DNA of 64,000 bases from assembly GCF_963853765.1 (NCBI RefSeq), contig NC_088855.1, positions 3,906,001 through 3,970,000 on the forward strand. The letters run 5' to 3'. Every line of letters starts with the position of its first letter. Within the stretch, counting starts at the first letter, position 1. A model generated the notes under the pieces. That model did not search any database. It saw only the letters and a program-made list of their open reading frames with translations, and had not been told where the DNA came from. The DNA is from Magallana gigas. Taxonomy: Eukaryota. The position numbers and the translations under genes were made by a program. Positions 1-13,400 of this stretch are shown piece after piece.

Positions 1-682
1 ATTTTGCGCAAATTTTTGTAAGTAAATACGCTTTATGGACCTGATGTACCATAATAGAATACAAAAAAATGCAATGCTAGTATCGCGTTTGGTAATTTTT
101 TTTACTATTTTATGGACTCAAACTTAAATTCATGGTGTTTATTCTATAGATTGACATCTTAGAAAAAAGATTTGGTAAAATAAATTATATGTTGACGGAT
201 TACTTTTCACGCTATAAGCTCTAAACCAAGTAGACCCTGACGAAAAAATCCGTAAAAATCACATTTTGCTACAGTTTTCTGCCTAGATCTGTCAACAATG
301 TTAGATATCTTTTAAACATTAATTAATTGACGATTGATTAATTTCGAAATAGCTTCTGTCTCTAAAGTTAAACCGGTTTTAGTAAAAGAAAAGGAAAAAT
401 TCGAGGGGGGGGTGTCAAAACAAAGAAGATATAAGCATACCTGAGATCCTGGTTAATCAGAAACTTCGTTTTTCATTTTACTTTAACAGAATCGAGTTTC
501 TCAACATTAATCATTTCTATCTCTCATTGAATACATATATTACCGTTCTTATTGCTTATTATTGCCATTGTTTACAACAGCGATGTAGAGCAAAATCAAT
601 ACCGGGTATCAAAAACGCTTTGTAAAAGTCGAACCAATATTGTAAAATCCGTATTATGACGTAGTGCGATACTCGGACTACT
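1..682. mobile_element. Right-hand part of a probable non-autonomous TTAA-flanked DNA transposon (Kolobok-type); left end outside the window
   Basis: Ends ...TGACGTAGTGCGATACTCGGACTACT|TTAA (TTAA 683-686). The reverse complement of the end (AGTAGTCC..) resembles the termini of the element at 23492-24036 (GGTAGCTCCA / AGTAGATCCA), and both have a subterminal TGACGT. Interior is AT-rich and non-coding. Confidence 0.45.
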
Positions 683-1413
683 TTAACTTAAACATTGTGC
701 TATGAATCTTATTTGATTAACCGTTTGTGCCTTGCTGTTGGGGATCAGATGGACTAGTCAAGCATTCCAAGAGGGATAACTCTAGCATTGCTATATACTA
801 CCTGTGAGCTTCACTGCTGGATACTAGTATATAGTGAATCAAAGCAGAAATAACAAAAAACACTCAAATTGATGATTTTCATTGATGTTCAATGAAAGAG
901 TTGTAATAATACAAAACCAGTATTTTTGCCCCAGTTGTAACATTATATGGATTTAAAGTGTCTGTTCAATTACTGTACATGTATGTAAGTGTTGAAGTCC
1001 AAACATGTTACCTGTTTGAGAGATAATTCTTGATAACTGTTAAATGATCTTAGAAGTGGGAAATGAGTATAGGTTTTGTCATGTAACTACCTTGAGGATA
1101 GGTATATCGATATCTACCTGTGTGGGTGGTGCGGACTTGAAGTCATTGTGCCCCAATCAACATGCTTTTTAAATTACATAAGTGTATGGGGGTCTTACTC
1201 ATTGTGGTATTTCAGATATGTTGAATTTCTTACATTTAAAATATAGTAGACAATAGGTGTGAATATAGATCTATCACCATTCAGATCTTTAATGGGATCG
1301 GCACCTCCCCCACGGTCTGAGTGTTTTTTCGTCAACATGTTGATTTTTGTAAACAATAATTTAAATGTTGTTAATTACGTACAATAAACTATTTATCTTT
1401 TGCCTGTTTGTAG

Positions 1414-1489
1414 TTGAGGAAATGTTCAGATTTCACAGAGAGAAGAAACATCAGAGATAAAATTCGGAAACTGCGAGAAAAGAAACAGG
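1414..1489 (+). CDS. SMTN: Smoothelin gene exon: second half of smoothelin repeat 1 (LRKCSDFTERRNIRDKIRKLREKKQ)
   Basis: tgtttgtag| ... |gtaaat; 76 nt, phase 0 to 1. Confidence 0.85.
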
Positions 1490-4400
1490 GTAAATTATCT
1501 TTTTCGATTTTAAATTTTCCTTTTTCTTATACACTGATTAATTTTGAATGACAGGCTGTCTTGTGTTTGTGTATTGGAAATTCTTCAGTGACAATGATGA
1601 CGTCCAGGGCTGTCAAACTGAATTTAAAATTATATCTGGCATGAATTAAATGCCATCTTTGCAGGAGTCCGTTTATGATCTCATTTCATTGCATTAAATC
1701 AATTTAGCGTACGCTTTAATGTTTAGGGTAGCCTTTTAACTGACTGACAGTATTTTACGGTGAAGGGCTGTAGATGTACGGGTATCAAATTCCTGGCACC
1801 AAATCAGACCCCTGACACTTTGATGTCTTCTGATGAAGAGTATTGTCTTATAAACAAGGGACACAACTCCAAATCATGCCGATCAGACATCTAAGATAAG
1901 AAGTTTACGACCCTAAACCCACTCAAAACATCTACCTCCATTCAAACAGCCCATAAGCACACGTGTGCATTAAATGATTAAGCATTTGCTAATTTATTGT
2001 AGGTATTCTTTTGTCTGTTTAGCATGGAAGTTCCAAACAATTATATTTAGATTATTCGGTTAATGACAAATTGATTTTCATATAATTTGTTTGAATAAGT
2101 CAGGAGTGAACAGAAATGGTTCTCCTTAAAGGTAAAATTATTATTATTACTAATTTACATTTTATTTGTATATCCCATTTTTACACTGAATTGTCAAATT
2201 ATTTCATTTAGTATTTCTTTAGTTGTTTTTCCTTTAAATGAAATATTTTGTGTACTTTGAAATTACTGAATTTGTAAAGATCAAGGATCCGTCATAGACA
2301 ATTATTATCATTGTTGATTGTGTTACAATAGAAACGGTACGTAAACTAATACTGTCACATGGTTTAGATGTAATATGACAGACACGTATATAAAACATGA
2401 TAAAATGCATAGATTTTGTTAAATAAATTCATCTTTGCTGAACAAAATTGCCATCAGTGTCACTGAGGCTGTCAGTATGGGGCTTTTGAAGTTTCACTCT
2501 GTTAAACTGATATGTTGGTTGTCAAACTTGGAAACACTTCAGCTTTCCTTTCTTTACTTTATGATGCCATAAAATCAGAAAGCTTTTAATAGAGTTTCTT
2601 AATATTGCTCCGTTTTATGACCACATAATTTGGATAGAACACTCGATAAAATTCATGTTAAAAAAAGGTGAATATTTGTCAAGCTGTTAGGCCCTACTAG
2701 GTCTGAGGGCTAATTATAGGGTTCACCCTAGATGCATTGAATTATCCGATCTCAAATGGGAGGTTATTACAGAATTCCGAGGAACTTTCTGATGACAATT
2801 CCTTGTCAACCTATTTGTAGAAGAAATGCTCTATATCATTTTAAAGAAATTAGGTCTTGGATTTTAACATTAATGACAGAGGGATTTCTGATTTGAGACA
2901 ATTGGAGACAATTGGTATGTTTGGAGTAGGAATATTAGCCCCAGTTATCTAGAAATTGATCATCTGCAATTTGTCAGTCACAGCATAAACTGATAAACTG
3001 ACCGTTATTACACACCGTTATACACAAGATATCTATTCATTTTGAAATATTGTGAAAAATTAAACCGTTTAAATCTGTTGCCTAACATGAGTTTGTAAGT
3101 TTATTATTTTTCTAGGGATTAATTTTATAAAAATACATGTACCAGGTATGAATGTTAACAGGGTTATTCTTGTCTTTGGTTATTTTAACACAGATTATAA
3201 TTCATAATATTACATTTGCGTTACTATTTGAAGTTAGCCCTGCGTTAAATTTGCTAACGGTTAATTTGTGTTTGTAAAACCAAATTAAAAGAATTGAATT
3301 TTAATTACTTATCAAGTATTATTTTTAATATTTAATAACAATGATCTCTATCTATATTAAATGTAATACTGTGGTTTCATCAATATTCGTTGAATACCAA
3401 TTTCCGTGGATTTCGTTTTTAAGTTTAACCATGAATTTAAATGTTCATTGAAGTGCATTTTCTACTAACAATTTGTATTGATAGGGTCATTAGCCACGAA
3501 GTTACGTATCCTTGAAACTGTGATTTTCACTTTATCCATGAAAATTGATTCCCTTGAATATTAATGAAACCACAGTAATATATATTTCGGTGTATACATC
3601 ATTTTATTTTTATGTCCTTAAGAGTATTGATCCCTGTAATTTCTTAAAATGTGGTCTCTGACAAAAAAAAATGGGGGCTAGCGAAAAGGGAGATGATGAA
3701 ATAACTACCGATATATGTACAATATTAGATATAAAAGAATCACAAAAATTCCTGAAAATGTGTAAATTAGATTGTTAAGATCTGATGATGGATTGCTAGA
3801 TGGGAGTTTTTATATCTAATTTCAGAGCTGAACGTTGCAGAGATGGGTCGGTGCTCTCCCCCTCAGTGTGGGCGTGGCAGTGACATCACAGAGAAGCTCC
3901 GAGAACTAGACTCGATCCAGGACATCCCAGAACTCAGAAAACTGGTAGGTTCCTATTGCAGTCTTGTCCGAGTCCAAATTCTCAGCCATTCTATGGAATC
4001 ATACAAATATTATTTATATATTTATCATAAATTTTATGGCTACCCCTCACTTATCAATTAACATGTCCAACAAATTATGAAATTTCTTCATACATGTATA
4101 AGTATTTCGATGAATTTTTCATCCATACAAATCTACAAAAAAATGCCCCCACATATTTAAATGATCCAGAGTTTGTAACAGCTAGCTGGGAGTTGGTTGA
4201 CCAGGTATTGTCCGACACAATACAGCATGTAAAAAATAGTCCCCAGACAACGGCCATATAACTAAATACAGGCTTACTACATGCAGACAAGGGTCTATTT
4301 CTGTCAGAGAAGGAGTGCTTGGGAAGTAAAGGGACACTTTGAATCGTTTCTGCTCAATTGAATGTGTTTTGAAATTCATACTTGGACTTCACACATTTAA

Positions 4401-7400
4401 AGTCTAAGGGGATAAATGTTTTAATCACAGATTGAACTTTCTTTAGAAATATAAGTACACTTTATGTATAACTTTTTCAAAACTCCCCAATTTGTTCTGG
4501 TCAGCATGAAAGGAACACATGATAAAATGAAATACATGTATAAACAGTTATTGTGTGTAAGCCCCTTGTTCTATAGACAGACAGGGGAAATCAGAGTCAA
4601 CCAAAATGAATGAAAAAAGAAGAGATCGAGAATTTTAAATGGGATTATTGAAATCCCTTTTGGGGTCCTAAATACTTGGCCATTTAAACATATATACAGT
4701 AATTATTAGGAGATAGAACGGGTCGTGAAGAATGGAAACTGAATTGCAAAAGTCATGGAGTGTTTTAAATGTCTTCAGAAACCTTCAACCTTGACTGTTT
4801 AATTTGTGGAACTATGGCTAATTATAAGAGAGTTTTGTGTCATTTTCTCTTGCTTTATTGACTGGGATCAGTTTGTGGGGATGTATCCGGGAGAACTACA
4901 TCGCAGACATAGTGTGGATATACAGGATCTGTGTGGGAAAATCAACTCCGCTATGTCCGTAAATTCTCAGGTAGGGACAGACTCCGTATAGTATCATCGC
5001 AGGAACTGGTCAAATCAGGATTCCTTTTCTATGGGGCCATAAGGAGATAATACGATGATAGAATTCCTTAAAAAATTTTAATTTCACATTCGTTATCTTG
5101 CGAGTTCCGAATAGATGAGAGTATTTTGTGTGACCATGTAAACAAATCACTTTCGTGAACATTGGTCTCTGATCATCGCATGTCCTCAAAAACTGTTGAC
5201 AGCTGATTCAATATCATTATTATTGATTATTGATTTGGCAGGGCTTCAGTTTTGTATGTGATCAAGTACGCTATCAATGGGGATGTTCTCAGATCTGAAT
5301 AAAGATCCTCTCAGTGTAAGAGTTAAACTTTGGCCAAAGCCCAGCTAGCGAGTTTTGTCTCTGCTTTGGAAAGTCTGAATAAGACCTGTCATCTGCTGTT
5401 TTTTCTGCGCTATCAAACGCACTAGTGTTTAAAATATAAGGGGTAGAACATGCAACTCTCAAAGTCTTTTGAAAAACTCTTCACTTGAACCAACTCACCA
5501 AAAACATTCAATAAATTTTTGACAACTTGTGTTAGCTGGTATGACATTATGTTAAGACTGTATTATTTTGGCCCCTCAGACATGTAGCTATTTTATGTTC
5601 TGAGCTTATTTTGTAATTGTAATTTCAGCTGAGTGAGACCAACGATTACGATGAGAAGAAGCAAATTCGCCTTGCCCTTCGTCAGCTTCGACAACGAGAC
5701 AAAGGTAGGATACATATCTGTGTAACTGAATTGGCAGTAACTGTCAAAAGGGAGAGAATTTCATCACTTCAAATTTTTTGAAAATCAGAGGAAGAGTTAG
5801 AAGGATGGTCCCGGTCCTTATAATCTGCATTAATTACCAATATTCAAGTAACAAAAAGCGTAGTCAATTGTTGAACTCTCTAATGCCTTAAAATTCTTGA
5901 GATAAGGGTTTTCTTTCTATTGCTAAACTTTTTGTGGGACAACTTGTGATTTCCATAGTAAATATAAACGTCAAGCTATATTGTGTAGTGGCCTTGATTT
6001 CAAGTAATAATATTTTCCTATCCAAATGATACATATTTTTTTACACTTTGGAATTTCTGAAAATCTCTTTAGCATCATCACAGGTGTTGTTTTTATGTTG
6101 ATTAGACTTTGGACACATTAATAAGTGTTAAAATGTCACAGAAAAGTGATTATAGAATGCGAACAATTTGACGTAAAGTGTGAATGGTCATTTGTTTCGC
6201 CTCTTAATTAGATCTAGTTCTGATGAAGACAGTTGTGTTTAAAATTTCACACCTGTGGGTTTTTATTATCCAACTTGTTTTGTTTTATTAAACTGGTAAT
6301 GTTCTGTGATATTGTGTAGAAGTTTACCGTTGACATATTGATGTTATTACAGAGTCAGATGGACAATGCTAAAAGAGGGTTAAATTGATCCTTTTCATGC
6401 ATGCAAGGTTTCGCTATGATAAGAAAATTTTGCTCCATAAACAAAAAACAAGAAAAGTGCTATCAAACCAACTAATTTTGTCTGTGAATTTTCAGGTCCT
6501 CAAACTTGCAATTTTATTTTGAATTTAATATCACATTTCAATTGTTTCTGAGAATACCATTACAGCAAGCATGATGGATCATGTAATTTCTCAGAGAATG
6601 AACTAACTGGAGAGCCTCTTACTTTTATGACATCTGGAAATATTTGACCTAATGGAAAAAGATTTTGAAAGAGATTTTAAAAACCATTTTTCATTGCCTA
6701 GGGTATAAAAGGGATTTGTAAAAATCAGGAGCAATAACTTACTACAATATTTGTCTAACTCATTAGCATCTTCATTGCTGTTGGGGTATTATGGGTGTTT
6801 ATTGTGGGCCGTAGTTCAGGGCCGATACTTGTTCGCTCTGTTGACCTTCAGTGTGTATTCCCTAAATTGCTTAGGTGGCCTTAAATTTTACAATGAGCTT
6901 AATGCCTCTTGTCAACCACTGAGGAGGCCCATGATGCAAACTGGCCATTTTAAATGGTTGACATCTGAGGGTTAATGTCGTAATGTTTGGAATTTGATCG
7001 TTTGTGGATATTGTGCGTAAGGGGGGGGGGGTGGTATTAGAGGCAGCGTTGTAGATCTAAAGTGTTTACCCGTCTTTGTTACAGTAACAAAACACCTCCC
7101 TCTTGCTATATTCCTGCTTCGTTTAGAGAAGAAAGGCTTGTTGAGACATTCTGTAAACCTAAGACCCCTTGTTTGACTTAAATATTGACCGCCAAAGAGG
7201 CACTCTGTCCTTCTTCAGAATTAAAGCCAAATTTTCTCAAACTACCATTGTGCTTATTTTGACATTCCATCCTTGAGTAATAAAAATATTTATCAAGGTA
7301 GAGAAGTTGCAGAAAAACAAGATTTAGAGTAAAATTTTGAAATATACATCAGAGGAAATTTAAGAACTATTATATAGTTGAGATTATATATAGCAAGAGA

Positions 7401-10400
7401 TACATAGAAGCAAATATAAAGGAAACTTAACATGGCATTACATAAAGATTAAGGTGCTAAATTACATATTTGTGTTATGCATATGTTATGTTATACATGA
7501 AGGAAGATAAGCTATAGGTGAAGTTGAATTTTAATATAAAGATAACCTGTTGGTACCCTAGTCATATTCCTTTGATACAATATAGAAAGTTTAGCCTATC
7601 AGCAAAATAAAATGTTAATCAAAGTATGAAAACATGGCAAAAAATCAATGTCCATAAATTTATGTGTCCATAAAACCCTGTCTTACATAATCCACAAAAA
7701 ATGATGCCAAAATTGAAACATCAATATTTAAAGATGTGAAGAAAAGTGACATGAATGCAATTATATATGTACAAAAGGTGTGTGATGAAAGTCTGAGATA
7801 TATGTAAATACTACTACATTTGACAACTGATGTGTATATATAAACTGTAGAGGTGTGTTACAAAAGCCTGCACCCAGGGACTCGGAGTCCCTGTTCCAAG
7901 ATCCATGTCACAATGGTAGTAAAAGTAAGGACATCTTGAGTGAAGAACAGCTAACATCTGAAGGGTATTCAATAGTTTTCTTAATGGGATGGAACGGAAT
8001 CTTTCTAGTTTCTTCACATTAACTCTTGTACTTTAAGTCTCTATAATGTAGAGTCTGTGGCTGTCATTGTGCCATTGTGTCAATAATCTAGTGCCATAGA
8101 TTTCACTTTGTAAGCTGATCTATAACCTATGCTAATTTTACCTCCTCAGATTACTGCATTTTTGTTATCCAACAGATGATGAGGCATAACAGGAATTTTT
8201 TTATGTTTTCATTCTCTGTGAAAGTATGTCACATTACCCTTGAAGTTTGACCTGATAGTTTAAAAACTCAATGCATCTTTTTTAGCCCGTAGAGTGATAC
8301 ATTTGGGTTTTTCATCACTCGTTTTCTCACTATATTAATGAGTTTTGAGATAAAAGATCCAGGCAATATACATGTTTTATCATTAGAACATTCGGTGTAC
8401 TATCTCTGTTAAAAATTCAGTTTCTTTTAACAGAGAATGTTTATGTACATTCTACAGATTTTTCGTCTGTTTGGCTGTTGGTAGGGATAAGCTGTGTTGT
8501 CTTGATAATATTAACAGAATATTTTACCAGATAAGCATGTATCGTGTAAACAAGAAAATCCAGGGGTTCAATCAGAAATTCCTCAATGTGTCCCCATATC
8601 CGGTCAGATGGAATATGTTTTTCAATTTTATTGATTTTTTGAAATACCCGTGATAGATAATTATATAGCAGAGGATGATACATGAATGGCCTTGTCTTAG
8701 TTCTGGGTTTTGCTACCCTTTGTCCGTCTGTCAGTCTGTCTGTCAGTTATCCATTGATGTCCATTGATTTCTCCAATGACCAGAAAGTATCAGCATATCT
8801 CAGGTGTTATTACATGTACCTGTAATTACTAAGAGGCCCCACAAGAAAAAGTGGACAGGCAGGAGTCTTTTACCTGCTGAAACTCTCACCTGTCGCACAC
8901 CTTATCACGACCTGACACGCTCTACTCTAAATCAATCTCCCATTTATTACATCTTAATGCCGATCACTTATTGCTTGCATTCTAATATCAGGTCAGAGTA
9001 AGATTGGACTGGAGTCTGGATTCAAAAGTTTGGGGGTCAATGGGCAATAAATCTTGGCTCAATTACACTCCTTCATAAGCAAACACCCAAGATTTTATAT
9101 CCATTCCGAGAAGGAATGAGAGGTAACAAGGGAAAGTTAACTGCTATCTGTGCCAAAGGAAACAATTTCCATTTCGTAAGGTAAAATGAACTTATTAACA
9201 GCAGTTCACTGTTTTAAGGGCTTGGTTGTCATTTATAGAATTACATCACTCTGAAAAACAGCATAACTGTCACACAGAGGTTTGTTTTTTTTTCTTGATT
9301 TTTTCTTTGCCTGGTTGTGAAAAGTTTTGACAGCCGCTTTTCAGACATTGAAACAATCGGCCAATTCTTCAAGCAAGCAGAAGGGTTTTATATTATCTCT
9401 GAGAAAAATGAGACAAGATGTTTCCAAACATTGTACCGCTTGCGTGTTTACATACCTAATGTAAATTTCAAAAATGTTTACTTCTTAAGCACAATGTAAT
9501 TTTAATCGGATCGAATAGATCAAGGCTTTTAAAATGGGCCAATTTCAATTAGAATTGAGCAGGTGATGTCCCTTTTAAATTCTCCACAAACTAATCCTCT
9601 TTCCTACGAAGAAAAGTGTCCAATAAATCAGTTTCCAAATCAAATGTTATTCCATGCAGGGGTCCTTCAATACCCATTATGCTGAAAAACTTTCATATTT
9701 TACAGGAAGGCTTTCAGTGTGAATAGTTATGCGATAGAAATAAATTAGCTTTCTCTCTTGTATTGTATATGCATATAGAAATTTGGCAACAAAATCCATA
9801 GATAATGTTGTTAATTATTCAATTTTTGGTACATCAAGATGTGTGAAATAAATTGTTAGAATTTTTTTGTAAAGAACATTAAATAAAATAGGATTTTGAA
9901 GCTGTGATTTTTTAAATTAAAAAATAATAGGTATGATTTTTAATGCGTTTTGTTGTTGGAGAGATTTGAGTTTACTTTGTTGAATTACACCTGTAGACAG
10001 AACTTCTTATAACCTGTAACATTCATCACTTCAGTGTGATTATCTCTGGTGATTATTGGCCCATTATTCGCTCACATAAAAAGAGCACTGATCCATGTTA
10101 TCACGCAATGAAAGTCCGTCACTCGTACAGACTGATTGCTTCAAAGAACTTGATGCAGTTCAAACTTCTTAAGTTATCTTCTCTTAAATAGACCGACCCT
10201 CAGAGTGATGGATTATTAAAAAAAATACCATATATAGCCCTCCTGTCAATTTGGAGGTCGTTTAACTCGATACTTAGGATACTATTTTGATCCCACAAGG
10301 ACCTGAATAGGGCATCCCTCTGTCAAGCCCAGAGCTTGCTTTGGCTGTTGATACCTTTATTTTGGTCGAGTTGAGGTGTTTTGCTTCACCTGGTAGCTCT

Positions 10401-13400
10401 TTTTGACACAATGCTGGCTGTCATTTGAATGCTGTGTTTAGGTGCACATGCTGCGGATTACTCTCTCCAGCTAGTGGACGACACAGCCTGGTAAGATTGC
10501 CATTCTTCATTTTAAAAATATTCAGACCAAATATATGGTATTCAAAATTTTAACAGTAAGATGGAGAGAAGAAACTATCAAAATTTAGATTTTTTGGAGA
10601 AGATTATTTTTGGAAACTGAATGCTCATTGCAATTTGACAATGCTTCAAACACTTATTTTAGACACAAGAAATGCAGAGCCCAATTTTATGTTTACTGAA
10701 CCTAAAAACTCTTTTTTTTCAAGCTGCATGCAATGCAAAGAAATATTTAGTGGTGAATCATTGGTTTGGACTTGGACATATTTAACTCTTCTTTGAGAGA
10801 TATTTTAATGAGCACTTCAAAATCTAAATTTGTCTGCAAAAAACTACAGACACAAGGTTGCACTGCTTAATTTTCCTTGGCAGAAAACATTGCAGACTAC
10901 TTCTGAAATTTTTTTGGTCTCATTAAGTAGCAGAGTAATTTACATAACTTTGCTTATGTAAAATGCTTTAAAGCAATATGTCTTTCACTAATTCAACGAT
11001 CATTATGATGAACTTTAACATGAAGTTTGGATGTTATGAGACTTGTTGAATTGTCATTGCATGGTTGTAACAAGTCACACACAGGATGTGATATAATGCG
11101 AGTCCCTGCAGAAGAAAGTGCAACACCTGTATTTTGCACCTTGCTTTGCCGTTTTACAACATAAAGAAATGGGGGGAGGTTAACCACCTTTTTGACGATC
11201 CTTCGTTAATTTTTGTTTTCCTTTAGGGTGGGTCTTGTGTGCTAAGGAGAAGATTCTCCGTGTTAGTCGACATATTCATAAAATGTTCTTGAGACAATTT
11301 TATTGTTTCGGGCCAGCAGCTATGCTGTGTGAATTTCTGTAAACAAAACAGAAAAGAAGCAGCAACTCTTACCAGTTAGCAAGCATTAAAACTTCTAATC
11401 AGTTATATCTGCCAGTCGTACATTATTGGATTTTAGAGGTAAATATTTCAAACCCATTGTGCGGCTGAGTCACTTCGTGCATGAAGAAGAAAAATCTGAT
11501 AATTTTAAAAAACAAAGTTATCCAAACATACAGGTCCCTGACTTTTTAGGGGACATTTTATCTTTCTACCTGAAAAAAAAAATTAAAAAAAGAAGGTCCA
11601 TGGATTCAATTTCATCTCCCCAGTCTAGGTACCAAACTGTCTGACTCGTTTTATTTCTCTCAAAAGGAATAATTATACATTGCAAAGATTAGTGGGTAAA
11701 TTTGAATGGAAGATTTAATCAGGGGAGGTTATTTTGAGGGTTCTGAAGTGTTTATCTCCCTTTTGGGGTACATTCAAGTGTTTTTCTTTTTGTCTATGTC
11801 TTTAAAATTTATAATTTGATATTTCGCTGTAATAAATCTCCAATATAAACATCCAAAGGGAATAAATCTGATATATCACATTCAATTTGCGCCTTTATAG
11901 ATTGATACACTTTAATAAAGTGTATTTTGTTTGCACTTTAAATCTGTCACAAGTAGAAATTTGCTGCATTGAGCAAATATATATGAGCCATTATAACATT
12001 AGGAATGCTTTCTTTGAGCTTTAGGTTTTAAATTCAATTGGAAATCTTTCAAGATTTTGGCTACAAGGGAGAGACGAAGAAAAGAGCCATCTTATGAAAT
12101 CACGACCTTGACCTTTGAGGTCTCTGTAAGAGTGACCTTGAACTTGCATGAGAGACAGATGATTGAGAAAAGAAATTTATTTGTAGAACTAGATTAAATA
12201 GTGTTGGTAGATGTGTAATGATCGAGGAAAGCAAGCTTTACTCATTTTCTACTCACACAATTCGGATCCATTTCCATTGATATTTAACCTGAAAGGACCT
12301 AATACTTTTGGAGAGCATTTCAGCACTCTATTCTTGTTAAAGCTTTATTCTCCATAAATTGCTGTAAAGCTTTGAGGGTTTGATGTATGTGATCTTTATG
12401 TATCAACAGTATGTTAATTTTATTACGTTTCATATACCTATGTGAGTTGAACATACGCATTTAACCAAATGTTTATGGGAATAAATCTCCCACATGCTGT
12501 GGGTCCTTAAATTGAACATAAACTAGGACCAACTAATTATATGGGAAATTTGCATTGGCGTATTTACAAGCTCCACAAACTAAATGTATATAAGGTTATT
12601 GTGTTGTAAACTGCTTTGATAGAAAGAAGAAAAAAGAGGCTTACAGGGGATACAGAATTGCATGCAAGTGTGATCAGCTCGTCCATAGGCCATGCTTGGG
12701 AAATATTGGCACGGTGTCTTTAGTACTAAAGACAGAGAAATTGCATGGCCATTATCTAGACTGGGTGCTTTCTCTGATCCAGTTTCTAGCCGTGTTTGCT
12801 TTAGGCTGCAGATCACACTTTAAGTTGTAATGACTGATTTACTTCTTAAACTTTTAATTTGTTTCCTCAGGGGTGCTGGAGTTTAATGGATTGTTTTCTT
12901 GATTAGGGACGTGGTGTGAGTTACTTTGAGGGCATTATATAGTCCCATTGTACCGGTACAAACTTATTAACACCTGCAGCATTCAATTTTGGCTTTTGGT
13001 ACTAAATGATATCGATTGAATGATAACTGTTTTTATTTTGTAAAAGAAAATGATTTCACTTTGAATAAAAGTTTTTAACAACTTAAAGTTCTTATTGTTA
13101 ATGACAATGATAACTTCATTAAAGGTTAATTGTCTAACCCTTAATTTAGTCAAATAACTTCTCAAAGTTTGTGAAATGTAAATTTTAGAAAGTGAATTTT
13201 AATGAAAATAAATCTAAAGCTGCCAATAATCAATGAGGAAGTTTTACAGAAACATAAAATATTAATGTTCAGATATTTTCTTGTGGTCACTCGTTATATT
13301 CGTTTCTTTTCCACTGGGGTTAAGTCAAGAGATCCCTGTTTTATCCTTATCATTGTGGGGGATTTAGGAATCCGATGATCAAGGCTTTCTCTTTGGTTTT

